NCBI GenBank assembly: GCA_038135915.1
Contig: JAYPYM010000001.1
Location: 1 to 49,177 of the forward strand
Source: Gammaproteobacteria bacterium
Lineage (GTDB): Bacteria; Pseudomonadota; Gammaproteobacteria; Pseudomonadales; UBA6940
Length of the DNA stretch: 49,177 bases
Direction: 5' to 3'
Position numbers and translations under genes: made by a program. Below are positions 1-8,980 of this stretch, in pieces. The notes below the pieces were generated by a model that was not told where the DNA came from, did no database searches, and was given only the letters and a program-made list of their open reading frames with translations. Each line of letters starts with the position of its first letter. Position 1 is the first letter of the stretch.

Positions 1-824
1 CTATCAAAACCCACTTTACTGCATAGAGAATTTTGAAGTTCTGTGAACGTGCTTGAGTTGTTTAAAATAGGCTTGATGCTACTCCAAGCGCTATTACAGG
101 TTGTGGTCACTCCTCTCGCATTATCTGAATCATAATAGACAGTATAGTCATGATATAGTGCCATCTTCTCTAATTCAGCCATCCAGTCAGTAACATCTCT
201 TTTCAGAGACTGTTCACTCAATCCAGAGTCTGGGTTTGATAATGCTAGCGGGGAGCAATCAATAAAATAACGTCCTATTGATTTTGTGAGAAGGAAGTTT
301 TGAACATCAAAATGTTCTGAAGTCGCTCGATATATAAGATCAAATGCTAATCCACCCGCTTCTTTTTCATAGGGGTATGCAGATGCTGTATCAACCACAT
401 CTACAATTATTCTCTCAACTGTATTCAAAATACCGCTAACGAGAACTATGCCGACTGGTATGTCACCCACTTCCTGAAATCTGTTTTTTACGGGATCCGT
501 AACGATCAATGTACCTTTTGGTACCGTTAAACCCAAGTAAACCACGGCCCCAATAAGGATTGGTATAAAAACGGTATTAAGATTAACCTGGCCACCTATC
601 TGTCCACGTATATACAGAAAGATTACACCCGAAAATATGCCTAGAATTGCCATAACCCCAATGAGGGTAATGAACTGATTATCGCTAAATATTAAGGCGA
701 TTCTTTGAAACGCATCTCGCATCGCATCAAAACCACCATAGGTATAAAACTCCATAGTTTCAGCAAATACTGTCTCAGAGTGTAAATATATACAAATGAA
801 TGGTAGATAAATTAATTTACGCAT
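1..824 (-). CDS. traG: TraG (F-type mating-pair stabilisation/pilus assembly), N-terminal part, truncated by window edge
   Basis: Not in the ORF track because it runs off the window. My translation from ATG 824 reads MRKLIYLPFICIYLHSETVFAETMEFYTYGGFDAMRDAFQRIALIF... followed by several hydrophobic segments, like the TraG_N region. It starts 2 nt after the traH stop, fitting the traH-traG order. Confidence 0.75.
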   Translation of the reverse strand, partial: MRKLIYLPFICIYLHSETVFAETMEFYTYGGFDAMRDAFQRIALIFSDNQFITLIGVMAILGIFSGVIFLYIRGQIGGQVNLNTVFIPILIGAVVYLGLTVPKGTLIVTDPVKNRFQEVGDIPVGIVLVSGILNTVERIIVDVVDTASAYPYEKEAGGLAFDLIYRATSEHFDVQNFLLTKSIGRYFIDCSPLALSNPDSGLSEQSLKRDVTDWMAELEKMALYHDYTVYYDSDNARGVTTTCNSAWSSIKPILNNSSTFTELQNSLCSKVGFD

Positions 825-825
825 T

Positions 826-2229
826 CTAATTTCCTAGGTCGCCAAGCGTTTGCCTATATGCCGAGATTCTATCTTCCAAGACCTTTCTCGCTACATTCAA
901 ATTATTTGACAGTGTTGCTATATCTGAATCGAATTCAAGTCTTGATAGGTCTTGCATTTCTGAAATGTCATTCCTCATTACTCTAAGTTTGTCAAATGCT
1001 GATATAAGAACCCTGGCATTACATCGATGAGCGGGTAAATCATTACCATCTTCATCCCTACTTAGACCTGTAAGTTGGCTGGCTTCAATTGACTTGTCTA
1101 ATACATAATCTATGGTATTGTAGAAATCGGATGTTATCTTGTATGCATAGGCCGTTGCCAACGGCTCTACTAGAATACTTACAGAATGATCTTCTGTTCC
1201 AGATAAAACCCCTGATTTAAGCATATGAAAGACGGGTAAAGGTGATTGGTCAATGAAATCCTCTTCCGCGCTAGTTAGCGGACTCTCTTCATCATTTCCC
1301 TTCATCTTATCGATAATAGAGTTTAAGTTATTAATCACCCAGGTTCTGATACTTTGGGTATCATGCTCTCGGCATTCGCCATCTCTATTTCTTTCGAGCA
1401 CGGTACCCGCCATAAATTCATCGTATCCCTTTTCACTGTTCTCTTGACACCGATCTAAGGGCTCTACTGCAAAGGTCTTTACGTCCTCGTCGTAATGTAT
1501 TCTTATATCTCCAATAAACCCTCTGATTAATCCCTCATAATCCTCCATATTTAGCTCTTCTGCAGCATTTTGAACGAGTGAACCAGGCCTAAAATAGGCT
1601 CTGAATTCTGCTGGGCAACCATCTATTACTTCCGTGCCTACCACCTGGCTAGCGCCGTTATCAACATTAATTTTCCTTTGTGCTGCAGTAAAAAGGCTTT
1701 CCACGCCCTCTTTAAGATTCATTTCCGTGCTAACCCCAGACCAAATCTCCCCCATAGTTTCTTGGTCTGGCCCATTCATAATCGGTGCTACAAGTCTTTT
1801 TGCAAGACGGCAATCGTTTACTTGGATACTATTAAGCCCATTACTAATATCTTCAAGGTTATTCATAATTGTTTGGCATTGTTTGCAGAGCGTTCCCATT
1901 GCCATCTGAAAGGCTACAGCGGGTGCAACCTGAATGATGTTTTGAAATTTATCTACGAGATAGTCTTCGTTTAAAAATGATATCCCTCCTCCAAAAATAT
2001 CAATCCCACCACAACCAGCTTTGACTCTCGGCGGTTCAACAGTAAAAAGATTATCATTTGTATTTTTTAACCTCATTTGAAGAGCGCCACCAGAGATATA
2101 CCCCCTCTTTTGTCCTTCGAAGTAACTTGGCTGGGTTACGGTTTTCTGATCTAGCCAATCATCTGCCCAACCTGCATAGAGAAGGTCAGGAATAATGAAA
2201 CTTGTGAGCATAAATATTAGTATTTTCAT
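826..2229 (-). CDS. traH: TraH, F-type pilus assembly protein
   Basis: 467 aa with a signal peptide. The segment YFEGQKRGYISGGA...KAGCGGIDIFGGGISF...TLCKQCQ matches conserved TraH blocks as I recall them. Position is between traF and traG. Confidence 0.85.
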   Translation of the reverse strand: MKILIFMLTSFIIPDLLYAGWADDWLDQKTVTQPSYFEGQKRGYISGGALQMRLKNTNDNLFTVEPPRVKAGCGGIDIFGGGISFLNEDYLVDKFQNIIQVAPAVAFQMAMGTLCKQCQTIMNNLEDISNGLNSIQVNDCRLAKRLVAPIMNGPDQETMGEIWSGVSTEMNLKEGVESLFTAAQRKINVDNGASQVVGTEVIDGCPAEFRAYFRPGSLVQNAAEELNMEDYEGLIRGFIGDIRIHYDEDVKTFAVEPLDRCQENSEKGYDEFMAGTVLERNRDGECREHDTQSIRTWVINNLNSIIDKMKGNDEESPLTSAEEDFIDQSPLPVFHMLKSGVLSGTEDHSVSILVEPLATAYAYKITSDFYNTIDYVLDKSIEASQLTGLSRDEDGNDLPAHRCNARVLISAFDKLRVMRNDISEMQDLSRLEFDSDIATLSNNLNVARKVLEDRISAYRQTLGDLGN

Positions 2230-3026
2230 TAAAGATTTCCTGATAGTGGATCTTTGACACTCGTTTTCTGATAATCCATCAAATAAAACTGTTGGGGATC
2301 AATATCGCCCTTTATAAGTCCAATCGCTCTATATATCTGGGCATTAATCTGATCCAATGTTTGATACCCTACAGAAACAGGCATCCATTTATCTGATCCT
2401 CTCTGTATCATAATAATCATAGGGGTTGTTGTTACATTAAATCTAACGGCAGCTTTTGGTCTGTGATTAATATCTGCTTCTACTATTTCCCAGCCATGCT
2501 GGTCATTAAAATACCCCAGGGTTGCTCTTTGCAGGTCACAATATTGACACCCATTTTGGGTAAAAAATATTAAACCAAACTCATCTTGCCCATTAGATAT
2601 TTTTCGTTTTATTGATTCCATCCTTGTTTTTGTTTGGGCATTTATTGCAGGCGTTGATGATGGGTATTGGGCTCCTGTATTAAGATTTGGATTTTGCATA
2701 ACCACCATTCCATGTACATTAGTATACGCAAGCGCTTTTCTTCTAATTGCATCTCTAATTTTCATTTCATCCAAAACTGCTTCTGGCGTGAGCAACCACA
2801 CTGACTGATCTAAATATTCTAGCTGCAGTTTTTCCAAATCCTTAGGGTGCATCTCCATCATCGCCTCAAGAGGTGGCGCAGGTGGTAAAACCTCACGTTC
2901 TTTTTCATTCGCCAGTTTTTCTTTATCATCTTTATAGAACCAGTATCCAATAGCATTTTCATTATCTTCGAAGGCAAGAACGATTGAACTGAAGTTAATA
3001 AAAAATAATATTATTAAACCCTTCAT
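2229..3026 (-). CDS. traF: TraF/TrbB-like thioredoxin-fold pilus assembly protein with CxxC
   Basis: 265 aa with a signal peptide. The C-terminal thioredoxin-like region carries GCQYC. Its position immediately upstream of traH is as in F-like and SXT/R27-like systems. Confidence 0.75.
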   Translation of the reverse strand: MKGLIILFFINFSSIVLAFEDNENAIGYWFYKDDKEKLANEKEREVLPPAPPLEAMMEMHPKDLEKLQLEYLDQSVWLLTPEAVLDEMKIRDAIRRKALAYTNVHGMVVMQNPNLNTGAQYPSSTPAINAQTKTRMESIKRKISNGQDEFGLIFFTQNGCQYCDLQRATLGYFNDQHGWEIVEADINHRPKAAVRFNVTTTPMIIMIQRGSDKWMPVSVGYQTLDQINAQIYRAIGLIKGDIDPQQFYLMDYQKTSVKDPLSGNL

Positions 3027-3511
3027 AGAATTGGTCTCACCTTTTCTAGCTCTTCAATATTTATAAATCCGAAATAGCGGCTATCAAAGCTAGTATTATT
3101 TTCGCCTATAACATAGGCCATACTATTCGGTATCACGCCGTTATATTCATAGATGGTTAAAGGATTACCCTTCCCTGTTCTATCTTTTGCTTGTGCTATT
3201 GGCTCTCCATTACAGTAATGCAGATCTCCTCTAGTTGTCAGTTCATCCCCCTCAATACAAATAATCTTTTTTGTGAGAGCAAGCTTATTGTCTTTAGAAA
3301 CTCTACTAAAATACGGATGAACCTTATAGAAGGTTACATAATCGCCTTTTATTGGCGTATCCGTATTCTTAATAAATAATGAATAATTCAGTGAGTTACC
3401 TAAACTCACTACTATATTATCTTTTAGGTGATAAATCCCCAAGAGCACAGTTGCGAGAATAAAATACACTAAGACCGCTTTTTTATTTAACTGATCTAAC
3501 CTTATATCCAT
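3023..3511 (-). CDS. S26-family conjugative signal peptidase (TraF/TrhF-like)
   Basis: The motif GENNTSFDSRYFGFI resembles the S26 SxDSRYxG signature, and there is an N-terminal TM segment. I place the start at ATG 3511 (MDIRLDQ...) because GGAGGA lies 7 nt upstream. The ORF-track start at 3541 would overlap trbC by 26 nt. Confidence 0.7.
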   Translation of the reverse strand: MDIRLDQLNKKAVLVYFILATVLLGIYHLKDNIVVSLGNSLNYSLFIKNTDTPIKGDYVTFYKVHPYFSRVSKDNKLALTKKIICIEGDELTTRGDLHYCNGEPIAQAKDRTGKGNPLTIYEYNGVIPNSMAYVIGENNTSFDSRYFGFINIEELEKVRPIL

Positions 3512-3515
3512 ATTT

Positions 3516-4244
3516 CTATCCTCCGTACATAATCTCATCAAGAATTAACATAATGTCCTCTCTTCCTGTCTCTTTACCTAAAAGGTCGAGCATATAGGAA
3601 ATTGACGCATCACCTACAACAATCACCTCTTCACGCTTAAGATTGAGTAAATCTAGATTGCAATATTGCTCTAGGTAGTGACTCTGTGGTACATGCACTA
3701 AAGCTGGTACCTGATTCACGCTATACCTCTTAAATCGTAATGGATCAATTTCCACAGTAACTGGATACAGTTGACATTCTGGCCCTTTACATAACGGATT
3801 TACCTTAAGTATTTCGTTGATAAACATTAATGTTGGCTTCATATATGTCCCTGATTCTACAAATCCATTTATAACCATCGTGGCATTCTTAAATGCTGAA
3901 AGATCTCTAGCATAGTTTCTAAGTGTTCTTATTGGGATACTTTTAGATATAAACAGAATAAGTTTTCCTAGTTCATCATTTGCCTTCTTACCTGTTGTAT
4001 TTATTGCTATATCTGCGCCAGAAATAATCTGTTCTTTATACGCATCTACTTTATTCTTATAGGCCTTTGTCTTTGTATAGTTAACAATCTCTGAAACCTT
4101 TTTTTTGGTTTCTTCATCTACCTTAATCACCTCTATGTTACTTACTCTATTTGTTATATCCTCAGTAATAGGAATAATCTGAGATTCATCAGCATATAAA
4201 TTATGGCTGAGTAAAAACAACACGACGGCTTTAATAACTAACAC
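3516..4244 (-). CDS. trbC: TrbC, F-type pilin assembly protein
   Basis: 242 aa with a signal peptide. It contains an ISKSIP...MVINGF block typical of TrbC-like proteins and lies just after traU. Confidence 0.65.
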   Translation of the reverse strand: MLVIKAVVLFLLSHNLYADESQIIPITEDITNRVSNIEVIKVDEETKKKVSEIVNYTKTKAYKNKVDAYKEQIISGADIAINTTGKKANDELGKLILFISKSIPIRTLRNYARDLSAFKNATMVINGFVESGTYMKPTLMFINEILKVNPLCKGPECQLYPVTVEIDPLRFKRYSVNQVPALVHVPQSHYLEQYCNLDLLNLKREEVIVVGDASISYMLDLLGKETGREDIMLILDEIMYGG

Positions 4245-5220
4245 AGCATCTCACCTTTTTAAATAACATCCACGCAAAGTTATCCCCTCTGGTAGGAGGA
4301 TTTTTTAACTGCGACCAAAGCAGGCCTGTTCTTCCAATGACCTGGCAACTATTATCTCGGACTGGTTTAGCCAGTTGAAGTCTGTAATGTTGCTTTTTCC
4401 ATATAGGGGTAATTGTTGTACCACACTGGTTTACGGCGTTATCTCTTAATAATCCAGTTCGTCCCATAAAATAAATACCTCTTGCCGCAAGTCCTGCATT
4501 TGCCTGAACACTATCAATCACATCAATATTCCCGGAGAGTGGATATGCAGATCCCCATGAACCCATGCACCAAAAAAGATGATTTAGAGGTTTGCCCATC
4601 AAAGCCGCTGTACTATCAGCCATGCAGGCCAATTGCGCGGCTGTATTTCCGAACAGCACAGATTCTGGATTAATCACTAACGCAGCAATATCATTATTCC
4701 AAGTAGGGATTAGCTCAGTCGCCATTGCAACGTCAAATTCTGTTTTATCTATACAAGGCACATCTAAGAACATATCCATAATTGCCCAGACAGGAAACAT
4801 ATAGAAATGCATCTGTTGAAACAGGTGACTTGCACCAGATTTATTCTGTATGGTACCGGATAATCGGCCTGGCGTTGGATTAGATAATTGTTGTCCAAGC
4901 GCCATGAAACAATAAGGATCCTGTACAGTATCTATCACTCTAGACGGCTCCCAAAAAGATACACTTAAACCTACTCTTGGAATTACTCCATCATTACAGG
5001 TACATATTGGACTATCAATTTTATCCATCACATCTAGATTGTTATCTCCAAGTCCCGTGACCGGCGTCATATCTAAACCGGCGATTCTTATCGGGAAAAT
5101 GCATTTCCAAGAAACATCTGTGACTGGATTAAGAAAACCGGCATTACAGTTGCCAGCCAAAAGCACTCTGGGAAATGCTGCCAGCATAAATAGGAGTAAT
5201 ACGGAACGCTTAGTTCTCAT
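4231..5220 (-). CDS. traU: TraU, F-type pilus assembly protein
   Basis: 329 aa with a signal peptide. The N-terminal CNAGFLNPVTDVSWKCIFPIRIAG block and many conserved Cys are characteristic of TraU. Confidence 0.9.
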   Translation of the reverse strand: MRTKRSVLLLFMLAAFPRVLLAGNCNAGFLNPVTDVSWKCIFPIRIAGLDMTPVTGLGDNNLDVMDKIDSPICTCNDGVIPRVGLSVSFWEPSRVIDTVQDPYCFMALGQQLSNPTPGRLSGTIQNKSGASHLFQQMHFYMFPVWAIMDMFLDVPCIDKTEFDVAMATELIPTWNNDIAALVINPESVLFGNTAAQLACMADSTAALMGKPLNHLFWCMGSWGSAYPLSGNIDVIDSVQANAGLAARGIYFMGRTGLLRDNAVNQCGTTITPIWKKQHYRLQLAKPVRDNSCQVIGRTGLLWSQLKNPPTRGDNFAWMLFKKVRCCVSY

Positions 5221-5803
5221 AATCTAATCCAAACTCTCTAACTCGAAATTGATTTCCATCTCGGTCAACAATTGCAGGAATATTGACTAAACCAAAGGTA
5301 TCAATCATTTTTTGATCGAGTTCATATGCTTCCTGTTTAATTTTTTCAGAAATCCTATACGCAGATGCACCTGAAATCAGAATTGTATCGCCATTTTTTT
5401 GCTGTTCTTTAAACCACTCTAAGTGTTTTGGATGATCTGAAATCACCACAAACCGAAACTGCATCGGTGCATAATCAAGAACATTAAAGGCATACCCCTT
5501 GGAGTAAATAATATTATGATTTTCATCAACAATTTCTTTCTCTAGCGCGTAATGTGGAATTGTATAAATTTCTTTATCAATCTCGGCAAATGGTAAATGT
5601 ACGCCTTTTTTATTAGGTATTTTATCTACCATTTCTTTATAGTGATGTTGCCAGTCTATAGATGATGCTCGATCTTTCATTTCATCAATGGCTGAACGCT
5701 CTTCAATGGGGTAGGCTTTTCCTACAATGATCTCTTTTGCAATTGAGAGGTCACCTACTAAAGTAATTATGCAACATAAGCTAAATCGCTTGATGAAACT
5801 CAT
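5210..5803 (-). CDS. traW: TraW, F-type pilus assembly protein
   Basis: 197 aa with a signal peptide. It has a GKAYPIEERSAIDEMKDR block like the TraW N-terminus and sits directly upstream of traU. Confidence 0.7.
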   Translation of the reverse strand: MSFIKRFSLCCIITLVGDLSIAKEIIVGKAYPIEERSAIDEMKDRASSIDWQHHYKEMVDKIPNKKGVHLPFAEIDKEIYTIPHYALEKEIVDENHNIIYSKGYAFNVLDYAPMQFRFVVISDHPKHLEWFKEQQKNGDTILISGASAYRISEKIKQEAYELDQKMIDTFGLVNIPAIVDRDGNQFRVREFGLDYEN

Positions 5804-7010
5804 TGAGCTTTTCCTCTATCATTGCTTTCCTCTCTGATTCTGTATTTTTTCTAAGATCATCGTAGTAATCAGTAAAATTAATTCGTGAAAAGTCTAGGTA
5901 TTGGAACTGTTCAGGCGTAAAACCCCGGCAATCATTTGATGAGATATCATTAAATACCTCTAATTGCGACCTTCCCTGTTCATGAAGTATTCTTCCAAGC
6001 TTTGAATTAAAGCAGCAGTAGGATTCCGCTTTTTGTACGCACCCACTACCGAAAATACGCTTTTCACAAAAGATCCCTGTTTGGTAGCAATAGCCAGAGT
6101 TATTTAGTACAGAAGTCTCTGAATCCATTTGATTACAGTTATTTGCCAGATAATCAACCAACATTGTAATTGCAATAGTCGCTGCAATATTAGCTGGGCC
6201 AAATGTTTCAATTAGGGCATCACTTGCAAGCTTTCCTGCATCAGCAGCAGTTTGGCCAGCCCGATAAGCGTCAAAAGCTGTTTTCGCTGCAGCAAATGTA
6301 GCTTGTATAGCATGCAACCCAAGCCCAAGTTCAGTTGCACTCCCTACACTGTCCTGAAGAATGGTATCTGATTCGTTACAACAATTATTATATGCGGTAG
6401 ATAATCCTGGAGTTCTACATGACATAGTACGGCCTGAAAATAACATCACCTGATCCAGGCACTCTCCTTCCCCTGTCCGTTCTCCATCGTCCTTATATAT
6501 ACGATCATCTATCTCTGTTATTTCTTCAAAAATGGTATTACCTTCAAAACAAGCCGTCGCGGAACACTCGTAATTCCCTCCACCTATATCTAAACAAGGA
6601 CCTCCATCTTGAGTGGGGCAAATGGGTTCAGATGAGTCACATAAAGCAGTTTGCTTACAAGAACCAGTGCATTCGTCTTCATTTTGATAGGTTATTCCAG
6701 TAGTGGGACAATCATAAACCCATGTCCTCATTAGTGTATAACGGGCTTTACATGCTACCGGCTGTTCACAGCTACCAGCATTACAAATTAGATTGCCATC
6801 AAGTGGGCATGTATAGTTAACTTGGCATTCCACAGTATCAATGGGGCAAAGAGTCTTGTCGCCTAAAAGTTTACAAACAGCTATTTCATTGCTTTGTAGA
6901 TAATCTCCATCTCCATCCAAATCTTTGGCACATATTTGCTCTCCAAAGCATTCTGATGAAAATAAAAATAGGCTCATCATTATAAATCTGAGAGATTCCC
7001 TGACGTACAT
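5781..7010 (-). CDS. traN: TraN, mating-pair stabilisation protein (short form, C-terminal conserved Cys-rich domain)
   Basis: 409 aa with its own signal peptide (SLRFIMMSLFLFSSECFG). The C-terminal segment GYCYQTGIFCEKRIFGSGCVQKAESYCCFNSKLGRILHEQGRSQL...NDCRGFTPEQFQYLDFSRINFTDYY matches the conserved TraN C-terminal signature. Confidence 0.85.
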   Translation of the reverse strand: MYVRESLRFIMMSLFLFSSECFGEQICAKDLDGDGDYLQSNEIAVCKLLGDKTLCPIDTVECQVNYTCPLDGNLICNAGSCEQPVACKARYTLMRTWVYDCPTTGITYQNEDECTGSCKQTALCDSSEPICPTQDGGPCLDIGGGNYECSATACFEGNTIFEEITEIDDRIYKDDGERTGEGECLDQVMLFSGRTMSCRTPGLSTAYNNCCNESDTILQDSVGSATELGLGLHAIQATFAAAKTAFDAYRAGQTAADAGKLASDALIETFGPANIAATIAITMLVDYLANNCNQMDSETSVLNNSGYCYQTGIFCEKRIFGSGCVQKAESYCCFNSKLGRILHEQGRSQLEVFNDISSNDCRGFTPEQFQYLDFSRINFTDYYDDLRKNTESERKAMIEEKLNEFHQAI

Positions 7011-8980
7011 ATTTTGTCCATTGACCCTAATCTAATAGATTGCATTCTCGCTGTCGCTTCAGCAAAATCACTAATACATTGGCAATTAATAATAATTTCT
7101 TCTCCTTCACCTACAGGGCAGCTTGGTATCTCACCTTGTGTACAAGATAGATATCTGGTCTCTAAGCTAAGATGATCATTTCGAGCAAGCAATTCTGGTC
7201 CTAGCCCAGCCACTTCTACCGCTTCTCTGACTCGTCTTGTCTTGCAGGTTAATTCACATGCGGGTAAAACTGGAACATCTGGTAGTCTTAATGTATTACC
7301 TGTTTTCAGTTCAAAACTACCATGCTCATTCCTTACATAGTCATCATATCCAGTTTGATTTACTGAACCATCAACAGTAGCGTATCGCTGGGTGGCGTGA
7401 CTGAGATCAAATCTACTTTCATTCTCACACTGGTAAACACGCTTTATTTTCCACCATGGTCTAACCACATCGAAGCTACAAGTAGGCCCGGTAATTAGTT
7501 TTGGAATAGGTAAAGGTGTCACACCAGTAGGGTTGTAGTTAAAAAATGTCCTAACATCATCGATATACTCTTCTTTAAGCCTACATCCCGGATTTGATTC
7601 ATATGCCTCGCAAGTATTTGTAGTTACATCGGGTGCCAGCCCACATGATTCGTCTATGTATATCCTGCCGAACATAAAGGCCTCTCCAGCCCCTTGAACT
7701 CCTACCCTAAATCTAACAGTATGTTGGCCATAGCTATTAAGCATGTTCGTTATATTTATATCTACGGGAACATTTACCCAAGATTGCGAGCGTTCACATT
7801 GATATCCGGGTAAGTTATTTAAATCTAGCCATGTACCTGTTGGCCCAGTCCAGATTAGGGAGTCATCTACAATGAGTTGAAGGTGATCATCTAAATAAGC
7901 CCGCTCTATCACCGCATCTAGTATTCGCTCTGGTTTTTCAACCCAAAACTGAGCCATCTCTTCATAAAGTACACATTGCCCATCTCCAAGATAGTAGTTA
8001 TTTCCTATCTGCCCCAGAGAAAGTTGTAGGCACCCTTCTCCACATGAGGTAATAGAACCTTTGCCACCATCATAGAGAATTACCTGATCGGCGCTTACAT
8101 CCTCTACTTGCACATCTCTATTTTTTTCACAGCTGAATAGCTGATAATCAGATGCTTCTGCTATCTGGGAACTCATTAATAGTTGATGTACGCTATGGGT
8201 ATCAGCAGTGCTAGATGAATCAACCTCTATGTCTTCTGGTTTCGAAAAATATTTATATAAAGCTGGGTTCGGTTCTCCACCTATTAAGCATGACCCTTGT
8301 CGATTTCCAATGTATCGAATGTGGCTACCATCAACCTGAACGCTAGAGATCGCAATATCGGGCAGAATCTGTCCAATAGTGGAGTATATAGCACCGCCAA
8401 GATCTTCCATAATGCTTTTAATATTTCTAATCGCAAGGCCGTTACCACAAGAATTATTTATACAGTAACATCCGCCTAAAGAAGATAAGGCAGTTTGCTG
8501 AAGGCTTAGATATCCTTCATTTGAAGCGACCCACTGGAACGATTTACAATCGTTCCAGGTCCCTTCATTACAACTTATTATTCCGTTAGCACATATCCCG
8601 GATATCGGATTATCTTTGAACTCATGCAAATATTCGTATTCCTCATCTACATCCATATCTTGAAATAGTATGAAATTCTCTAGGTCACCTGAGTCCGTTG
8701 GTGTTGCCATTACTTCGAAAAGTGAATAATTTAGATCACAGGCAATCTGTGCATCAAATTTCTCGCCAGAATAGGTGCTCATTAACTGATTTGTCATGAG
8801 AGGATTGCTCATGTTATTTATGATCCCTTCTTTTGTTCCTATCATTTCCTTTAAGCTTGCATTAACAGTTGCTGCAAGCTCCTCTGGCGTTAATGCTTCA
8901 TCTGCACGTGTGTAATTCAATACAAATGTCATTAATACAATGAAGCAACTAAATACCGAGACACTTATAGATTGCCTCAA
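6980..8980 (-). CDS. Large secreted Cys-rich protein of unknown function (possible TraN partner or N-terminal-like module)
   Basis: 666 aa with a signal peptide ending ...NYTRADE and about 25 Cys in the mature part by my count. It lies inside the operon, overlapping the traC end by 32 nt and the traN start by 31 nt. I recognise no family motif. Confidence 0.6.
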   Translation of the reverse strand: MRQSISVSVFSCFIVLMTFVLNYTRADEALTPEELAATVNASLKEMIGTKEGIINNMSNPLMTNQLMSTYSGEKFDAQIACDLNYSLFEVMATPTDSGDLENFILFQDMDVDEEYEYLHEFKDNPISGICANGIISCNEGTWNDCKSFQWVASNEGYLSLQQTALSSLGGCYCINNSCGNGLAIRNIKSIMEDLGGAIYSTIGQILPDIAISSVQVDGSHIRYIGNRQGSCLIGGEPNPALYKYFSKPEDIEVDSSSTADTHSVHQLLMSSQIAEASDYQLFSCEKNRDVQVEDVSADQVILYDGGKGSITSCGEGCLQLSLGQIGNNYYLGDGQCVLYEEMAQFWVEKPERILDAVIERAYLDDHLQLIVDDSLIWTGPTGTWLDLNNLPGYQCERSQSWVNVPVDINITNMLNSYGQHTVRFRVGVQGAGEAFMFGRIYIDESCGLAPDVTTNTCEAYESNPGCRLKEEYIDDVRTFFNYNPTGVTPLPIPKLITGPTCSFDVVRPWWKIKRVYQCENESRFDLSHATQRYATVDGSVNQTGYDDYVRNEHGSFELKTGNTLRLPDVPVLPACELTCKTRRVREAVEVAGLGPELLARNDHLSLETRYLSCTQGEIPSCPVGEGEEIIINCQCISDFAEATARMQSIRLGSMDKICTSGNLSDL

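Noticed and set aside
1253-1974. Plus-strand ORFs of 64-98 aa inside traH, and similar antisense ORFs inside traU, traC, traB, traK, the relaxase, traD, the symporter and others
   Set aside because: All lie antisense to or out of frame with long ORFs that carry recognisable conserved motifs. They have low-complexity or hydrophobic composition typical of antisense translation of AT-rich genes, and no SD signals were noted.
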